The position numbers and the translations under genes were made by a program. A model generated the notes under the pieces. It worked only from the letters and a program-made list of their open reading frames with translations, was not told where the DNA came from and did no database searches. Of a stretch of 64,000 bases of DNA, positions 26,819 through 44,400 are shown one piece after another. Where the stretch lies: positions 6,673,888 through 6,737,887 of the forward strand of contig NC_092676.1 of NCBI RefSeq assembly GCF_964355755.1, read 5' to 3'. The stretch comes from Antedon mediterranea. Lineage: Eukaryota > Animalia > Echinodermata. Positions within the stretch are counted from its first letter, which is position 1, and every line of letters begins with the position of its first letter.

Positions 26819-29202
26819 GTTCAGTAATGTTGATAGTTTATTAGTAGTATGAAATATTTTTCAAAATAATATTAAAGAGGATACAAACACAGAATGTTAC
26901 GGAAAAAAAAAGATAGATAGATGTATAAACAAGGCCATATATATGACTGCAGTCGCGTGCTCAGTGTTTGCCGACCCACCGACCAACCGACCGACAGAGT
27001 GAACTGTAGAGTTAAATTAATTGAAAACAAATGTTTGAATATTTGGTAGTTAACCACGAAAGATAATAAAACAATTATTTCAGACTTTAAAATGATCTTT
27101 TTTTATAGATTGGTTCTTTGGAAGGTCAGCATTTCAAGAAATACAACAAACTGATCTCTCTCAGTGAACAGCAACTTCTGGACTGTTCTAATGGCTATGG
27201 TAACAATGGTTGTGAAGGAGGATTGATGGACAACGGTTTTAAATACATCAAAGCCAATGGTGGTATAGCATCTGAAGCAAACTATCCATACAATGCAGAG
27301 GTATGGAACTACTTCCTAGTTCCTTCTATCTATGTTTTTTTTATCTTTTGCGGTTCACCACCACCTTTATTCATTCAATGTTTCATTACATAACTTCTAA
27401 ACACGTTCTACCTTTTTTCATTATTTTCTGTTTTTCTTAACATTTTTTTGGTTAACTTTTCTATTTACAATAACCAATTTTATATTAATTAAAATACATT
27501 GTTTGGTGTACTACTAACCTGAACACCACACATAGTTGTTTATGTTAACATTTTTTAAGATTGCCTTTCGAAAGACTGACTACTGAAAGCCCTGTCTACG
27601 CTATCAAACTTATGTGACAATGTAATGTTCCCATATATGGGCATTATGATGTCATAATCACTACCATATTTGAGCATATCACTACTTTATTTGAGCACAT
27701 CATACTTATTTTGTCAAAACAGTTGGATAGTTTAGACAGAGCTTAAATACCGAATATACTTCCTACATTCTGTGTATAAAAAAATGATTTTTCGCTAGCA
27801 CACTCATCGGTGTATAAAGCTTCACTGTCAAAAACCTTGTAGTTGTTTTTGCATCTTGAATCTCCTTCCAATATTGATTTAATAGCGTTTCATACTACAA
27901 GTATGAAACGCTATATTAAATCAGTTAATGAATTCAAACTATACCGCGCGTTGACGCAATGATTCCTCAAAGTAATACTATCTATTACAAACCAAAGCAT
28001 CGTATAATTTAGATAATTTATATTTAGAATGATATGTGCAAGTTTGATGCTAGCATGGTTGCTGCTACTGTCAATGGTTACATCGACGTTATGTCCTACA
28101 GCGAAGACTTACTGAATGCTGTGGCCGCTGTCGGACCAATTTCGGCATCGATGGATGCAACTCATGCCTCATTCATGCTTTATCATACAGATATTATTGT
28201 TTTGTTTTCGTTTTTTTTTTCGAATGTTTATGCGATATCATTGTTAATGACGAAAATGTAAAATATGTAACTCATATATCAAGAAGTTTAGATAAACTTA
28301 ACACGAGCATTTTTATTCAATCCCATCACATTGTTACCTTGGTTACGTTACGCGGTGGTCATTTTGTTTTCTAATGCCTATTTTCATTTCGTTAACGTTG
28401 TTAACATTTCATCTTTAAAAAAGTGGCACATTCAAGCGAAATCGGACATAAATCGCATGTTTAGTTTGTAGAAACAGCCAAAAACAATAAAAGGCTGACA
28501 ATTACATTATATTTATTTGTTGTCATTTCCTGTTATTTTACTTTAAAAGCATTTTTATCACAACAATGATTGTAACGGCCAAAACGTTAGACTGTAGTAT
28601 GGTATCAAGATATTTTATCAGCATTTTGAATCTCGGATTAATAGTTTCAGTATTTGTAAATTTTTTTTTTCAATTTTGAATTTGGAATATACTATTGTAT
28701 CTTTTATTAGGAGTCTACCGTGAAAGAAGTTGCAATAGCGCCGTTTCTGGTCTGGATCATGCAGTCTTGGTTGTTGGCTACGGTGAAGATAGCGACACCA
28801 GTGACCCCTATTGGTTGGTCAAGAATAGGTGAGCAGCAAAATACATAAGTCTACACAGAATCCGATCCGAATCGGTACGGAGACACCCGAAGGCCACTAT
28901 CTCGATGGGAACTATACAGTACACAGTATAATAAAACAGCTGAGACACTGCAGTATCACCGTACCTATAGTAGAAGACCCACCACGAATTCAGTGACGAT
29001 AAAGGGGGTGCAATTTCTATGAACTAAAGCATAACCATTTGACTTAAAAACATTTGGTACAATTCTTCATAGTTTAAAGAAATACATGTGAACATTTTAT
29101 TTTAGCTGGGGTACTGCATGGGGAATGGAAGGTTACTTCAAGATTACCCGCAAAGATAACATGTGTGGTATTGCTACTCTGGCCAGCTACCCATTGGTTT
29201 AA
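24013..29202 (+). CDS. Cathepsin L-like copy 2; catalytic Cys replaced by Ser and intron 6 donor is AT (possible pseudogene)
   Basis: Exons 24013-24097, 24735-24874, 26056-26202, 26345-26377, 27109-27300, 28028-28190, 28711-28828, 29106-29202. Total 975 nt, no stops or frameshifts. Exon 4 reads [11 protein letters not shown]; His (LDHAV) and Asn (KNSWG) kept. The donor at 28191 is ATATT where copy 4 has GTATT. Confidence 0.85.
24989..25864. mobile_element. Kolobok-like element in copy 2 intron 2 with a nested SINE
   Basis: TTAA|AGATGTATTGT...GGGACAATACATCT|TTAA; reverse complement of 6658-7181 apart from a ~340-bp insert. Confidence 0.78.
25093..25430 (-). mobile_element. tRNA-derived SINE (possibly Meta-SINE type)
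   Basis: Minus strand has B-box GGTTCGAGGCC, a central ACTTTAAAGAACCC...GAGTAGGGGGGTTACCCCGGTG block (also at ~16556-16615 on +) and an (AAAAT)n tail. It is absent from the homologous element at 6658-7181. Confidence 0.65.
26766..26816. repeat. (TA)n microsatellite
   Basis: About 25 TA units, read directly. Confidence 0.97.
27588..27743. mobile_element. Small Tourist/Harbinger-like MITE; other copies ~16887-17020 and ~38681-38810
   Basis: AGC(T/C)CTGTCTACACTATCAAAC-type ends with inverted counterpart, and a shared GCCCATATATGG/CCATATTTG core. Confidence 0.6.
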
Positions 29203-30422
29203 CTTTAGGTGAGTTAACAGTGAAGTTATGAAGATCAGATAATAATAAACATTTTTTATGATGACGAAATCAACATGTGCCATAGCTTGCAATATTCCAA
29301 TCCAATAATAATTTATATTATGTTTATAACTATTTTACAATAAAATCCACCAATAAATGGTAACTACGGGATTGGGAGCTTTATTTGTCTTTTTGATAAT
29401 AATTGGTTGATATTAGTACATGCTAACGATTTATCATTAAAACCGTAAATTTTCTTTTTCTTTTAGACCGTCTAAATTATTATCAACAACGCTGCTTACG
29501 TTTGTTTATAACACACGAGACTTCATAATCATTATACGCAGAATGAAATAAAATGTTGGATATCAAGTACATTTCAAACTTGTAAACGTGTGCGTTCAAT
29601 AACACTAGACTGTATTGTACATAATGAAACTGTGTATTTATGGAATAATAAGGGCCTACAGCGATACAGAATAGCATTATCATCGATAAACTCGATTGAC
29701 CTATATTATAATCATCGTTTATTCATCAAGTAAACTATACTATTGATAGGCCTACCGTTAAACACAGTTGCTATTGTTATTTGTCTATCACAATATAAGA
29801 CAACCTATATTTGTGTTCATGCCATTACAAATACTGGTAATAAGTTCAGATTATTCTTATGTTGCTAAAACAGTTGTTGATTGTGCGTTTCATATTATTT
29901 AATGTTAAAATATATTTAAATGTTGTCTTCTTTTCAGTAAACAAAACTTTGTAATTGTGTAAAATTAATTTTACAGTAATGTAAACAATTGATATTGAAA
30001 TAAATGAAAGACACAACTTTTGTTTCTGAGTCATTCAACTTGTGACTAAGTAGTATGCGTGTTCTAAATAGGCCTATAATTTATGCTAAATTTTTGACCA
30101 TCAAATTGATTCGAATAACCATGGCAGAGTACAGGCATTAATACATTCCCTATGATTGTTTCATACCTAGAAAGGATATTATCTTTAACTTCTAGGTATA
30201 AAACAGTGACGACATTTCTGTCTTCAAAAAAGTACCTAACCATGATTAAATCTTAAATCTATTTAAATCATATGAGTTTAGGTTTTTGCTTTAGTGAACA
30301 CATTTATTTCATACAATACACTTTGATGACGTGCGTATAATAATACCGCACATTATATTTCATTTGCTGACTCATCTATTCTTGTAAGATTGTTTACGCG
30401 ACGTTGTTTTCAATACCGAAAC

Positions 30423-30490
30423 TCACGTGCCTGAAACCAATTCTTTTATATTGTTATAAAAGGCCTACCTGTACTGTACTTGTCATTCAG
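30423..30490 (+). promoter_or_regulatory. Putative core promoter of copy 3: E-box/CLEAR-like TCACGTG, TATA box, initiator
   Basis: TCACGTG 30423, TATAAAA 30455, TCATTC 30483 (about 30 bp after TATA). TCATTC recurs upstream of all four ATGs. Confidence 0.6.
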
Positions 30491-30530
30491 GTTGTGTCTT
30501 TTGATCTGTTACCACGTCCAATAACAAATT

Positions 30531-35228
<4,698 letters not shown>

Positions 35229-36587
35229 CTTCGGGTGAGTTATCTTTATTTTCATTTTATTAACAATTTTGACGACTAAAGATAATTTTGATGATGATAA
35301 AACAGCACATGAAATAGTCATAGGCATCAAGATCCATTAAAAATGAAGGTTGATAAAAAGAAACTTTGAATTGGTCATTTTGTAGTTTTAATAAAGTTAA
35401 TCAATTTCTTCAAAAACACTAAAAACAATACATTTGTCAACCAAAAACCCATTGACTTCCAACCAGTTTTCTATCCAATTTTTTGGTCAAAGTGAATAAG
35501 TATTATGTGACTAAAAACAAAAATGTAAAAATTATTCTTCAGGGGAACAATCTTTATTATAATGAATATTGTAAATAAGATATATATTTTATGTTTTATA
35601 TTCTTGAAATTGATTCAGTGATAGTGATTCAAATTCTCACTTCACCTGCACCCTATGTCACTAAGTTTAGTCAATTTTCCAATAAAAGGCCTAATAACAT
35701 TTGTAATTACCGAAAGGTAAATTCCCGAATGATCGTAATCAAAAAAGGTACTGGGTTTGGTCTACCAGCGTTCCTGCTCCTAACTAGTCATCCATTCATC
35801 ATAGAAGTTTTGATGAAGTAAGCCTACCTGGTGTTGAATGTTCCCGAGTAACGACTATACTTCGGCTTTAGTTGATAAACGATTAAATATTTGTTAGAGA
35901 TAGAGTATAGGTTAGATTATATTAGTGTAGATGTGTTGCTGTATACAAATGGTGATCTGTATAGTATAATAAAAAGATGATGTTAGTTGGACATTCGGTT
36001 TAGAAAGCTGGGGATGTTGACTATGATTGATTAACATGGCTGAAAACGAAACAATCTTAATAATAGCAATTATTCCAACTTATGTTTTTCTCAGGATTTT
36101 TTTTAGTATTATTGTGTATGTGACTCTTTTAGTTCCAAAAGTATTACTGTACGGTAGGTCTATTATTTTATACTAACAATATTTATCATAGTCAATTAGA
36201 ATACCATAGGCCTCCTTCTAAATAGTTTTGTTTTCATTTTTCTTTTAGATTTTTTTTTCTGCAATATCGATGCTGTTACATGCTTTTAGAAACTATAAAC
36301 CGGCAAGCTTTATAGTCTAAGAACTGTGTACATCCGTTGAAACCAAATCATGAGTAACGTAACGAATTCTGACGCGTGCGTTCAAGTTATCATGTGTCAA
36401 CAAAGTTTTTTTTTGGTTGTGTTACTTATTTTATGATACAAAGTTAAACAGAAGGATTTGACGATCTAGGACTCAAACTTTTTAGGCGCACAAAAGTCGA
36501 TACTCATTGTTTTAACGCTCGCTTCACTTATGTCAGTTTTGCATTGTTTTATGTTAACTGGTCTGGCCCACCTTCGCCATTATTATT

Positions 36588-37978
36588 AGGGACTTTAAGA
36601 AACACGACGGGAAGCCACAGGACGGTCCTCATTAATAATTTATGCATGAGCTTTTAACAAAGTGGGCTGAGCTTAGCGTGAAATTCCATCATCTTAACTT
36701 CTTGAATGACGAAAAAGTTGCCATTTCCCGTTGGGTTAGATCCATCTCGGCCGCCGACAATCTCGGCCGCCGGATTAAAAAGCCGAATTGTATGGCGCGC
36801 CACCGATGCTTGTATTGTGAGTAATACTGTAGGCCTAGTGTGTTTGAGGAAATGTAATGCATACGCACGTATTCTACACTAATTAATACATTCATTAATT
36901 AACTTTTAATTAATGTTTTAATAAATGATTTTTTTTTTAATTTTCAGATTAATAGATTAGTAGTAGTGATACCCATTCATAGCCTAATGGACGACGAATA
37001 AAAATACTTACAATATAAACAACTTTAAGTAAACATTTCATTTTATTGAACAGTAACAATTATTATATAAAAAGTCATAATCAAAAAATCAATCAAATAC
37101 AGAAATGTCAACATTATATTATTTTAAACTATTATTCCGTTTACAATTTTAATTTCAAGTTACAAATTAACTGATATAATAAATAAATGAATATTCATGC
37201 ATAAATACTTACAATATAAACAGCTTTAAGTAAATATTTCATTTTATTGAACAGTAACAATTATTATATAAAAAGCCATAATCAAAAAATCAAGTTTACA
37301 GAAATGTCAACATTATATTATTTTAAACTATTATTCCGTTTACAATTTCAATTTCAAGTTACAAATTAACTGATATAATAAATAAATGAATATTCATGCA
37401 TACAGTAACAGAATTGAGATAATGTGTGTGTTATTAAGCTTAGTTGCGTCTGACGTCAAGAGTTAAGTTGTTCGGTTAAGTAGTCTGCTGGCAGTTGTGA
37501 GAAGCGAGTGTACTGATCGTTGAACATCGCTGTATTCTTGCCACATTCTGCTCAATCTTGCATTGGTTGCTGCTGCATGTGTAGGAACGACTAGAAATAA
37601 TGTATATATATCCTTAAACGTGGAATTCTCAAGACTCTAAATAATATTTGAACTTCCAATTTAATTGTTTAATGAAATAACATTTTTATTGCGTTATAAT
37701 GGTTGTTAAAGGCGGCGCTTGTATACGAGGCCCATAGCTAGGAGGGCTAGGCCTATGCTGAATCACCGGACAAAGCGAAACAGAAAGGCCACGAGACAGG
37801 ACGAGCCGTTTTATCAGTTACGCACCTTTGAGCGAAGACGACGACCGGCTCGGTCGTCGTCTTCGCTCAAAGGTGCGTAACTGATAAAACGGCTATGTTG
37901 ACTGTATATGATGTTACGCTCTAGCGAACACAGGATATTCGTCGTCCTCTCCTTACCGTCGTGTTTCCTAAAGTCCCT
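36588..37978. mobile_element. PHIS (Pangu-like) non-autonomous element with ATT TSD and an internal ~200-bp tandem duplication
   Basis: ATT|AGGGACTTTAAGAAACACGACGG ... CCGTCGTGTTTCCTAAAGTCCCT|ATT; ~37002-37202 is repeated at ~37203-37402. Confidence 0.8.
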
Positions 37979-40497
37979 ATTATGTCTATATACCGTCACC
38001 GTCATGAGATAATTAGTTATTCATCATCATTATACTTTTTATTTTTGCTACCGTACATTTATTATAAATAATATACTTTGCCTATTTCAAGTTTCTGGTT
38101 AAAAAACAGCTAATAATCGGCCGAGGTACCGGACCTACTGTTTTTGTGTTTTGTTGTGCGAAAGTTTTTGTGCGCCCTCATTGTGTGGCCTCGAACAACG
38201 ATCTCAAGTTTAGTAAATAATATTAATATTATTCGAAAGAGAACACAATAATGAATCAACTGAGAATTTAATCATTTAAGATTGATTGTTAAAAGGATTC
38301 CAGATTGTAAGTTATTAGAAGCTTTGACTTTGCTCATTTAGTTTGATGACTGTTATTATTTTTATTATAATTATTATCACACTTGATTTAGCAGGCTTCA
38401 CTCAAGTGTGGGCCTAGATGCCAATGTAAACGGCGGATTTGCCGTCATAATATTGTACTATGATTAGAAGGCGGGTTACACATTTTATGATTTTAGTAAT
38501 TATACCAAGTTTTACTTTTCTCCACAAAATAATGTTTATTTTCTTATTTAGTTTAAGTTTTCTAATTTTACAGCATAAAATATAAATGCTTATCAAAGTT
38601 CAATGATGTCTCATTTTGTGTATATTTCAAACCAACTAACACAGACCATTTATCTAGATAAGATGAATGCAATGTTCTTAAGCTCTGTCTACACTATCAA
38701 ACTTTATGTGAAAAAAATGTAATGTGCCCATATATGGACATGATGATGTCATATTACTACTATATTCAAGCATATCACTACCATATTTGGGCACATCACA
38801 CTTTTTGTCGTAACATGTTCTATGAATATGGAACAAGCTATTTCCTGGTTCTTGTTTTCAGTTTTAATTCAAATTAGGTTTTAACTAATTTCTTGGAATT
38901 GCATATATTATTTTATTCAATAGAACCGAAATAATCATTTCAATGATAAGTATTGATATTTGTCTACCTAGTTTAAGAAAATAAAGTTTTCATGACTCGT
39001 TCACGAACACTCATCGAAAAGGTATCCCGTTTTTTTTCTCTGCGAAAAAAATTGTATTCGAACAAATAAATTTTACCTAGTGGAAAGCAGGCTTGGTAGT
39101 GAAATTAGCATAAATCACACACAGCATTAAACCAACACAAATAATTTATATATATTTTTCCGGAGAAATCTTATGTAGGAGAATTTTACATTAGGCGGAG
39201 GTGTGCACTCTCAGAGTGGCTTTCTAGTTTTCTTTTGTTTTAGATATGCAATATCAACGCTAAACCGTACTTTATTTAGTAAAACAACTACAACACGATA
39301 GCCTGCATCGGTAGCTTTTTAATTATATACAAAAAGTAGGCCTATGCCTAGTAAAAATAAATCAACATACAGAAACGCAACAAAAAACACGTTCTAGCGA
39401 TGCTGCTTTTATAGTCAACAAATATGGGTTGAAATGATAAGGGTCTACAGAGCAGCTGCAAATAGCATATCGTTGATAATAAACACAATTGGCTCATATA
39501 AGTGACTTCGATAACTCCGGAGATAAGAGAGTAGCTTATTGATTACAATTTGACCAACCGTTTAACCAAGCTAATTATAAACCAATAATGTTTTATTTAT
39601 TGGCGATAATGTCCTCTTGCTACTGGTTACATTTGTTACATTTGTAGTGGATCACAATGAAATCGATTTTCACTTCAAAGATCATGGGTCTGTTTTATTA
39701 CTGTACTTCAATCATTTCTTGGAGCCTAGGCGTAAAGTTTTAACTTATGCAGGCTTCCTTCCACATATACTATGTTTTTATTAATTACTATCGAACGTGT
39801 TAATATAATCATTATTTTTATGTATTTTTAATATATATATGTGTGGAGAATATTTATTGAATAAACGAATAAACGAATTCTCATTGTGTTCCGACTACCG
39901 CGTTGCCATGTCCTAATGTATTTAGAAAACAAACAAAATGTAATGTCAGACTATAATTGAATTCGGTAGCCTTCTTTTCAGTAAACAAAACGTTGTAATT
40001 GTGTAATTATGAAATAAAATGCAAAGAAAAACAGAGCTAATTGTTTCCAAGTCATTGAAAGTATTGTGATTTTAATCTATTTTAATTTAAACTGAATAGA
40101 AGGTAATCACATTATTAAAAAGGCCATGGCGGTTATAAATAAACCGTTACGAGCAGACAATAATATCATTAATTTCTGGATATGAAACAATTACAGAATT
40201 TTAGGTTTTTTTTTATTAATTAAATAAACATGGTTAAAATGTGATTCGGAGTGTTTTTCCTCCTCATTAAGATAGGCGAACACACTCAATTTGACTTAAT
40301 AGTGTAATAGCCTATTTTTACAAGCAGATCGGACTCATAAACCCATTGTTAATAAATACTTGAGAAGATTCCCGTCAATATATGAAAGATATGTCTGATA
40401 CACCTCAACTGTATAGAGCTTTTAGTCCCTCGGAAAACGAACTTTCATTGACCCAGTATGTGTGATTTATAATTTCAACAAAACTGGTGTATGTGGC

Positions 40498-40688
40498 GAG
40501 TATGAATGGAGTTGAGTATGAATGTAGTTGAGTATGAGTGGAGTTGAGTATGAGTGGAGTTGAGTATGAATGTAGTTGAGTATGAGTGGAGTTGAGTATG
40601 AGTGGGGTTGAGTATGAATGTAGTTGAGTATGAGCTGGAGTTGAGTATGAGTGGAGTTGAGTATGAGTGGAATTGAGTATGAGTGTAG
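40498..40688. repeat. 16-bp minisatellite GTTGAGTATGA(G/A)TG(G/T)A, ~12 copies
   Basis: Read directly; variants alternate A-B-B (48-bp higher order). Explains the repetitive minus-strand ORFs. Confidence 0.95.
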
Positions 40689-41181
40689 TCTCCATTTCCC
40701 CCACATGGACAACAAACTCTCATGAACCCGTCTGGCATTGCATGGTTTATTTATTATAATTTAGATCCTTAATAAAGTATATGCGAACAATCAATTGTTC
40801 CCTCCTCTCAACGAACACATTCTCATTGAACTTTCTACGTGTTATATGATAATTATCCCAATTGCTATTGCTACCCGTCACCACTTCAATCAATGTATCT
40901 GTCCCTTGTAACAACAGATAAAAGGTACACTCCAAAGATAAGGTATTGCGAACTCATCCTTCTCTCCAGGCCTCGAAAATGAAACCTAGGCCTACCATAT
41001 CTTTTTATTATAACCACAAGTGAACACATTATAAAGGTAAACCACTCATTTTTATGCTATCATAAATTATAAGTAGTGTTGTTATTACCACCTATAAAAG
41101 TAATACAAACATTATGGTTTTATATCTAATAATAGCGTAGGCCTACTTACTGTGTGTACGGCTATCATTAATTTGCTTTGG

Positions 41182-41385
41182 TGACGTCACATGCGCCCCA
41201 GAGCAATACAGATGCTTCTATAATCACTGATCATAATCAGATAGCATCATGTGATGCTGCCTCACGTGACGCATCACAAGATCAGTTAGTGGTGCAAAGT
41301 ACAGTGTTATTTCAATATTCTAACTCACGTGCCTGAAACAAACCTATATTATATATTATAACTTCATTGCGTATCATTCAGGTTG
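41182..41385 (+). promoter_or_regulatory. Putative promoter of copy 4 with clustered CRE, M-box and CLEAR-like sites
   Basis: TGACGTCA 41182, TCATGTGA 41247, TCACGTGAC 41262, TCACGTG 41325 (AACTCACGTGCCTGAAAC shared with copy 3), TA-rich box, TCATTC. Confidence 0.55.
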
Positions 41386-41425
41386 TGTTTTTTGATCTGT
41401 TCGTACCACAAACCAATACCGAATA

Positions 41426-44400
41426 ATGAAGCTGTTCCTGTGCGTGTTACTTATTGGTGCCGCTGTGGCAATGCCAAATCCCGAATGGGAGATGTTTAAA
41501 AGAACATTCGGTAAGAATTCATGTTATATTTAGACAATTCAAATTCAGTAGATTATTGTTGGATTTTTATTCAACCAATCGTATAATATTAAGACACTTT
41601 TCATGATTTGTCAAACACATAATTCTATTTGTTTGGATCTTCGGGCTCTTCAATAAGGCAAATCAAATCATAATTGTTTCGTGTAGTTTCAATAATTAAC
41701 CTGGTAATTTAATACCGACACAGAATACTTACGGTTTGCCTCACGCGTGACACACGTGTGTATTTCGTGTAAGCGAGTGCCGATGAAATACAGTAAACAT
41801 CAATGTAAACGAGATTGTTTGAACTTTAAATTCACATGAGAAATATTATTCGTATTCAATGCGAATTATTGAAACGGTACGTTTTTGTTAATGTTTTTAT
41901 ACGACAAAAGATTTTTTTTAACCGTCGTGTCATTACACCATTTCCCGGAAGTTACATGCCTATCAATTATGTTATGGCATTTCTTTAAATGTCCGTGCAT
42001 TTCAAACCAAAAGCTACGATTGATCCGTGCCATGATGCAAATTAAAGCGAAACAATTTACAATGAGTTTTCCTGATTTTTTAGATATTGAATCTATAATT
42101 CAGATATTGGCTGCATTCCAACATAAAAATTGTCTTAGTCATATTAAGCATATGTAGCTTACAGTAGCAAAATTAAATTGGTTAATTGGTTTTTATTTGA
42201 CTATCAAGAATAACATTATTACAAACGATATTTTTTATGGGAATAAAACTCTCGTATACTGTATATCGGATGCTAGGTCCTTCGCTAGCTGTGTCGGTCT
42301 CTAATTTTGCTGGTTCGGTCCCCATAGCTGATTCGATTTCTAGCTGTTTCGGTCTCTACATGGTTCTTTCGGTCTCTAGTTAGCTGTTCCCTTCAACGAT
42401 TGCTTGCTTAATGCATAGATATTAATGAGTAGTCCATGATACGCCTCGTTTTGAGATTAAACCTACTGCACTGGCTTTCGACGTTTATAATCAAATTAGT
42501 TGATGACGTCAATAACCGTAATCGCAATTCTTTTTCATTATATTCATTTCCAGACAAGGCATACACCCCAGAAGAAGAAGTCTACCGCAGATCTGTATTT
42601 GAAGACAACCAGAAGTTCATTCAAAAACACAACGCTGAATATGCCAAAGGACTTCACACTCACACTGTCGCAACCAACAAGTTCGCTGATCTGGTAAGTT
42701 GTATTGAGGGCGCTACGGGGCGTCGTATTTTATTTATTATGCGGCCAGAAATTGTCAGAATTACAGTTCATATTTATTGGGAAAACCTTTGGTCGGAGAT
42801 GGATGCGTTTATATAAAATGCAATTAGGGGTTCTTTATGTTCGATACATTGCTAGTTTATGTTTACTATATGTTACATTGTAAGGTTTGCCACGGTCAAA
42901 ACGTGTTAAATTCTTCTGTCGGTCAATAATTTCTGGTGTTGAGCCTATAATTTTATCGGTGTAATTTAAATTTTAATTCTCTTTTACAGACCAACGCTGA
43001 ATTTGTATCATTTTTCAATGGTTATTTAAGAGTAAACAAAACTCGTGGATCAACGTATTTGGAACCAAGTAACTTTGAGGCACCAACTGAAGTAGATTGG
43101 ACCAAAAAGGGTTTCGTCACACCTGTAAAGAACCAGGTAAGATCTTGTTGCATTGGAATTGGTTAAATATTTTAATGAAAGTAAAAATGTATTAGTCTCA
43201 ATAGAGTTCTGCGGTGCGTGGACGGTAAGTGGCGCTGCGTGGTTGCTAGCCAACCAAAAAATGCGTTCAACTTGCCTGAGTGAACCCAAGATCACCAATG
43301 GTTTAGAATAGGCTTATTGAAGTAGTCATTTTAAAACTTAATAATTTTCAATAAAAACAAACTAAAATTTCAAAAGATCACTAAATATTTGTTTTTAATA
43401 ATTTATTTATTCTTCAACTACAGTTTAATTTAAAAAAAATCAAGCTAAGATACATAATTTGATAGAAATAATGATTTATATAGTTTATCAACATAGTAGC
43501 GTTGAACGCAGAACTCTAATAGTCTCGGTAGATAATGTATGAGTGACGACGCTCTTCAGATGGAATAGTATGTTGAGATGAGAGTGCGTCATTGTACTCA
43601 GTTACTCGTGTTTTATATTTTGTTTTTAAATGTATACGTACTATGTTTTTTTTCTATGGAACGAAAGATTCCAAAATAAAAGATTAAGTTATTATAAGAA
43701 GAATTTAAAGGAATTTGGTTTGGTGTTTTTGTTAAACTTTTAGGAACAATGTGGATCCTGCTGGGCATTCTCTACAGTAAGTTTATATGTTTTTTTTAAT
43801 TATTATTTGTTTAGGCCTAAGTTGTTTTCTTTTAGAAAATAGTTTCTTCCCCCTTTGTCTAATAAATAAATCACTGTTTAACGTAAAATCTGATACAACA
43901 TTCCTCAAGTAAAACACCACCGCAAATTATTAATCTCGTAATTATCTACAGTTTGCCTATATCAAGGAAACAGGTTTGTGACAGCGTCATATTTGGTTTA
44001 TATGTGACAGCGTCACATGTGATTTATATGTGACGTTACTATAATAGAATACAATGCCAAACATGTGGTTTATCTAATCTAAGGTTAACATAATTTCAAG
44101 AAGTCACATTTAACGTGAACGCTGTGTCACGGCATACTGCACAAATAGTATTTGTTTGTTTGCTTGTTTGTTTGTTTTTATTTCTTGCTCATATAAAAAT
44201 ACAATTGTACAAAATAAACATCAAAAGTCGCAGACTTAAACAATAACAAATTCAGAACAAAGAAAAGATACAAGCAAAGACTGTCCAAAGACAACAACAA
44301 AACAACGAGTAGGAGCAAAGGATAACTCTCTAAACCCGGAGGTTTGTATCCTGAGGGGTCCAGAAAGAAAAAAGAAAAAAGAAAAAAAGGAACAATCAGA

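Noticed and set aside
28191-28710. U12-type AT-AC intron
   Set aside because: The donor ATATTATT does not match ATATCCTT, the acceptor is AG, and the paralogs have U2 GT donors.
24013-29202. True silicatein ortholog
   Set aside because: Lacks the CGASYAF motif and the serine cluster, and is clearly a close paralog of copy 4.
40405-40738. Three overlapping repetitive minus-strand ORFs, or a CRISPR-like array
   Set aside because: They arise from a 16-bp minisatellite with no unique spacers, in a eukaryotic context with no cas genes.
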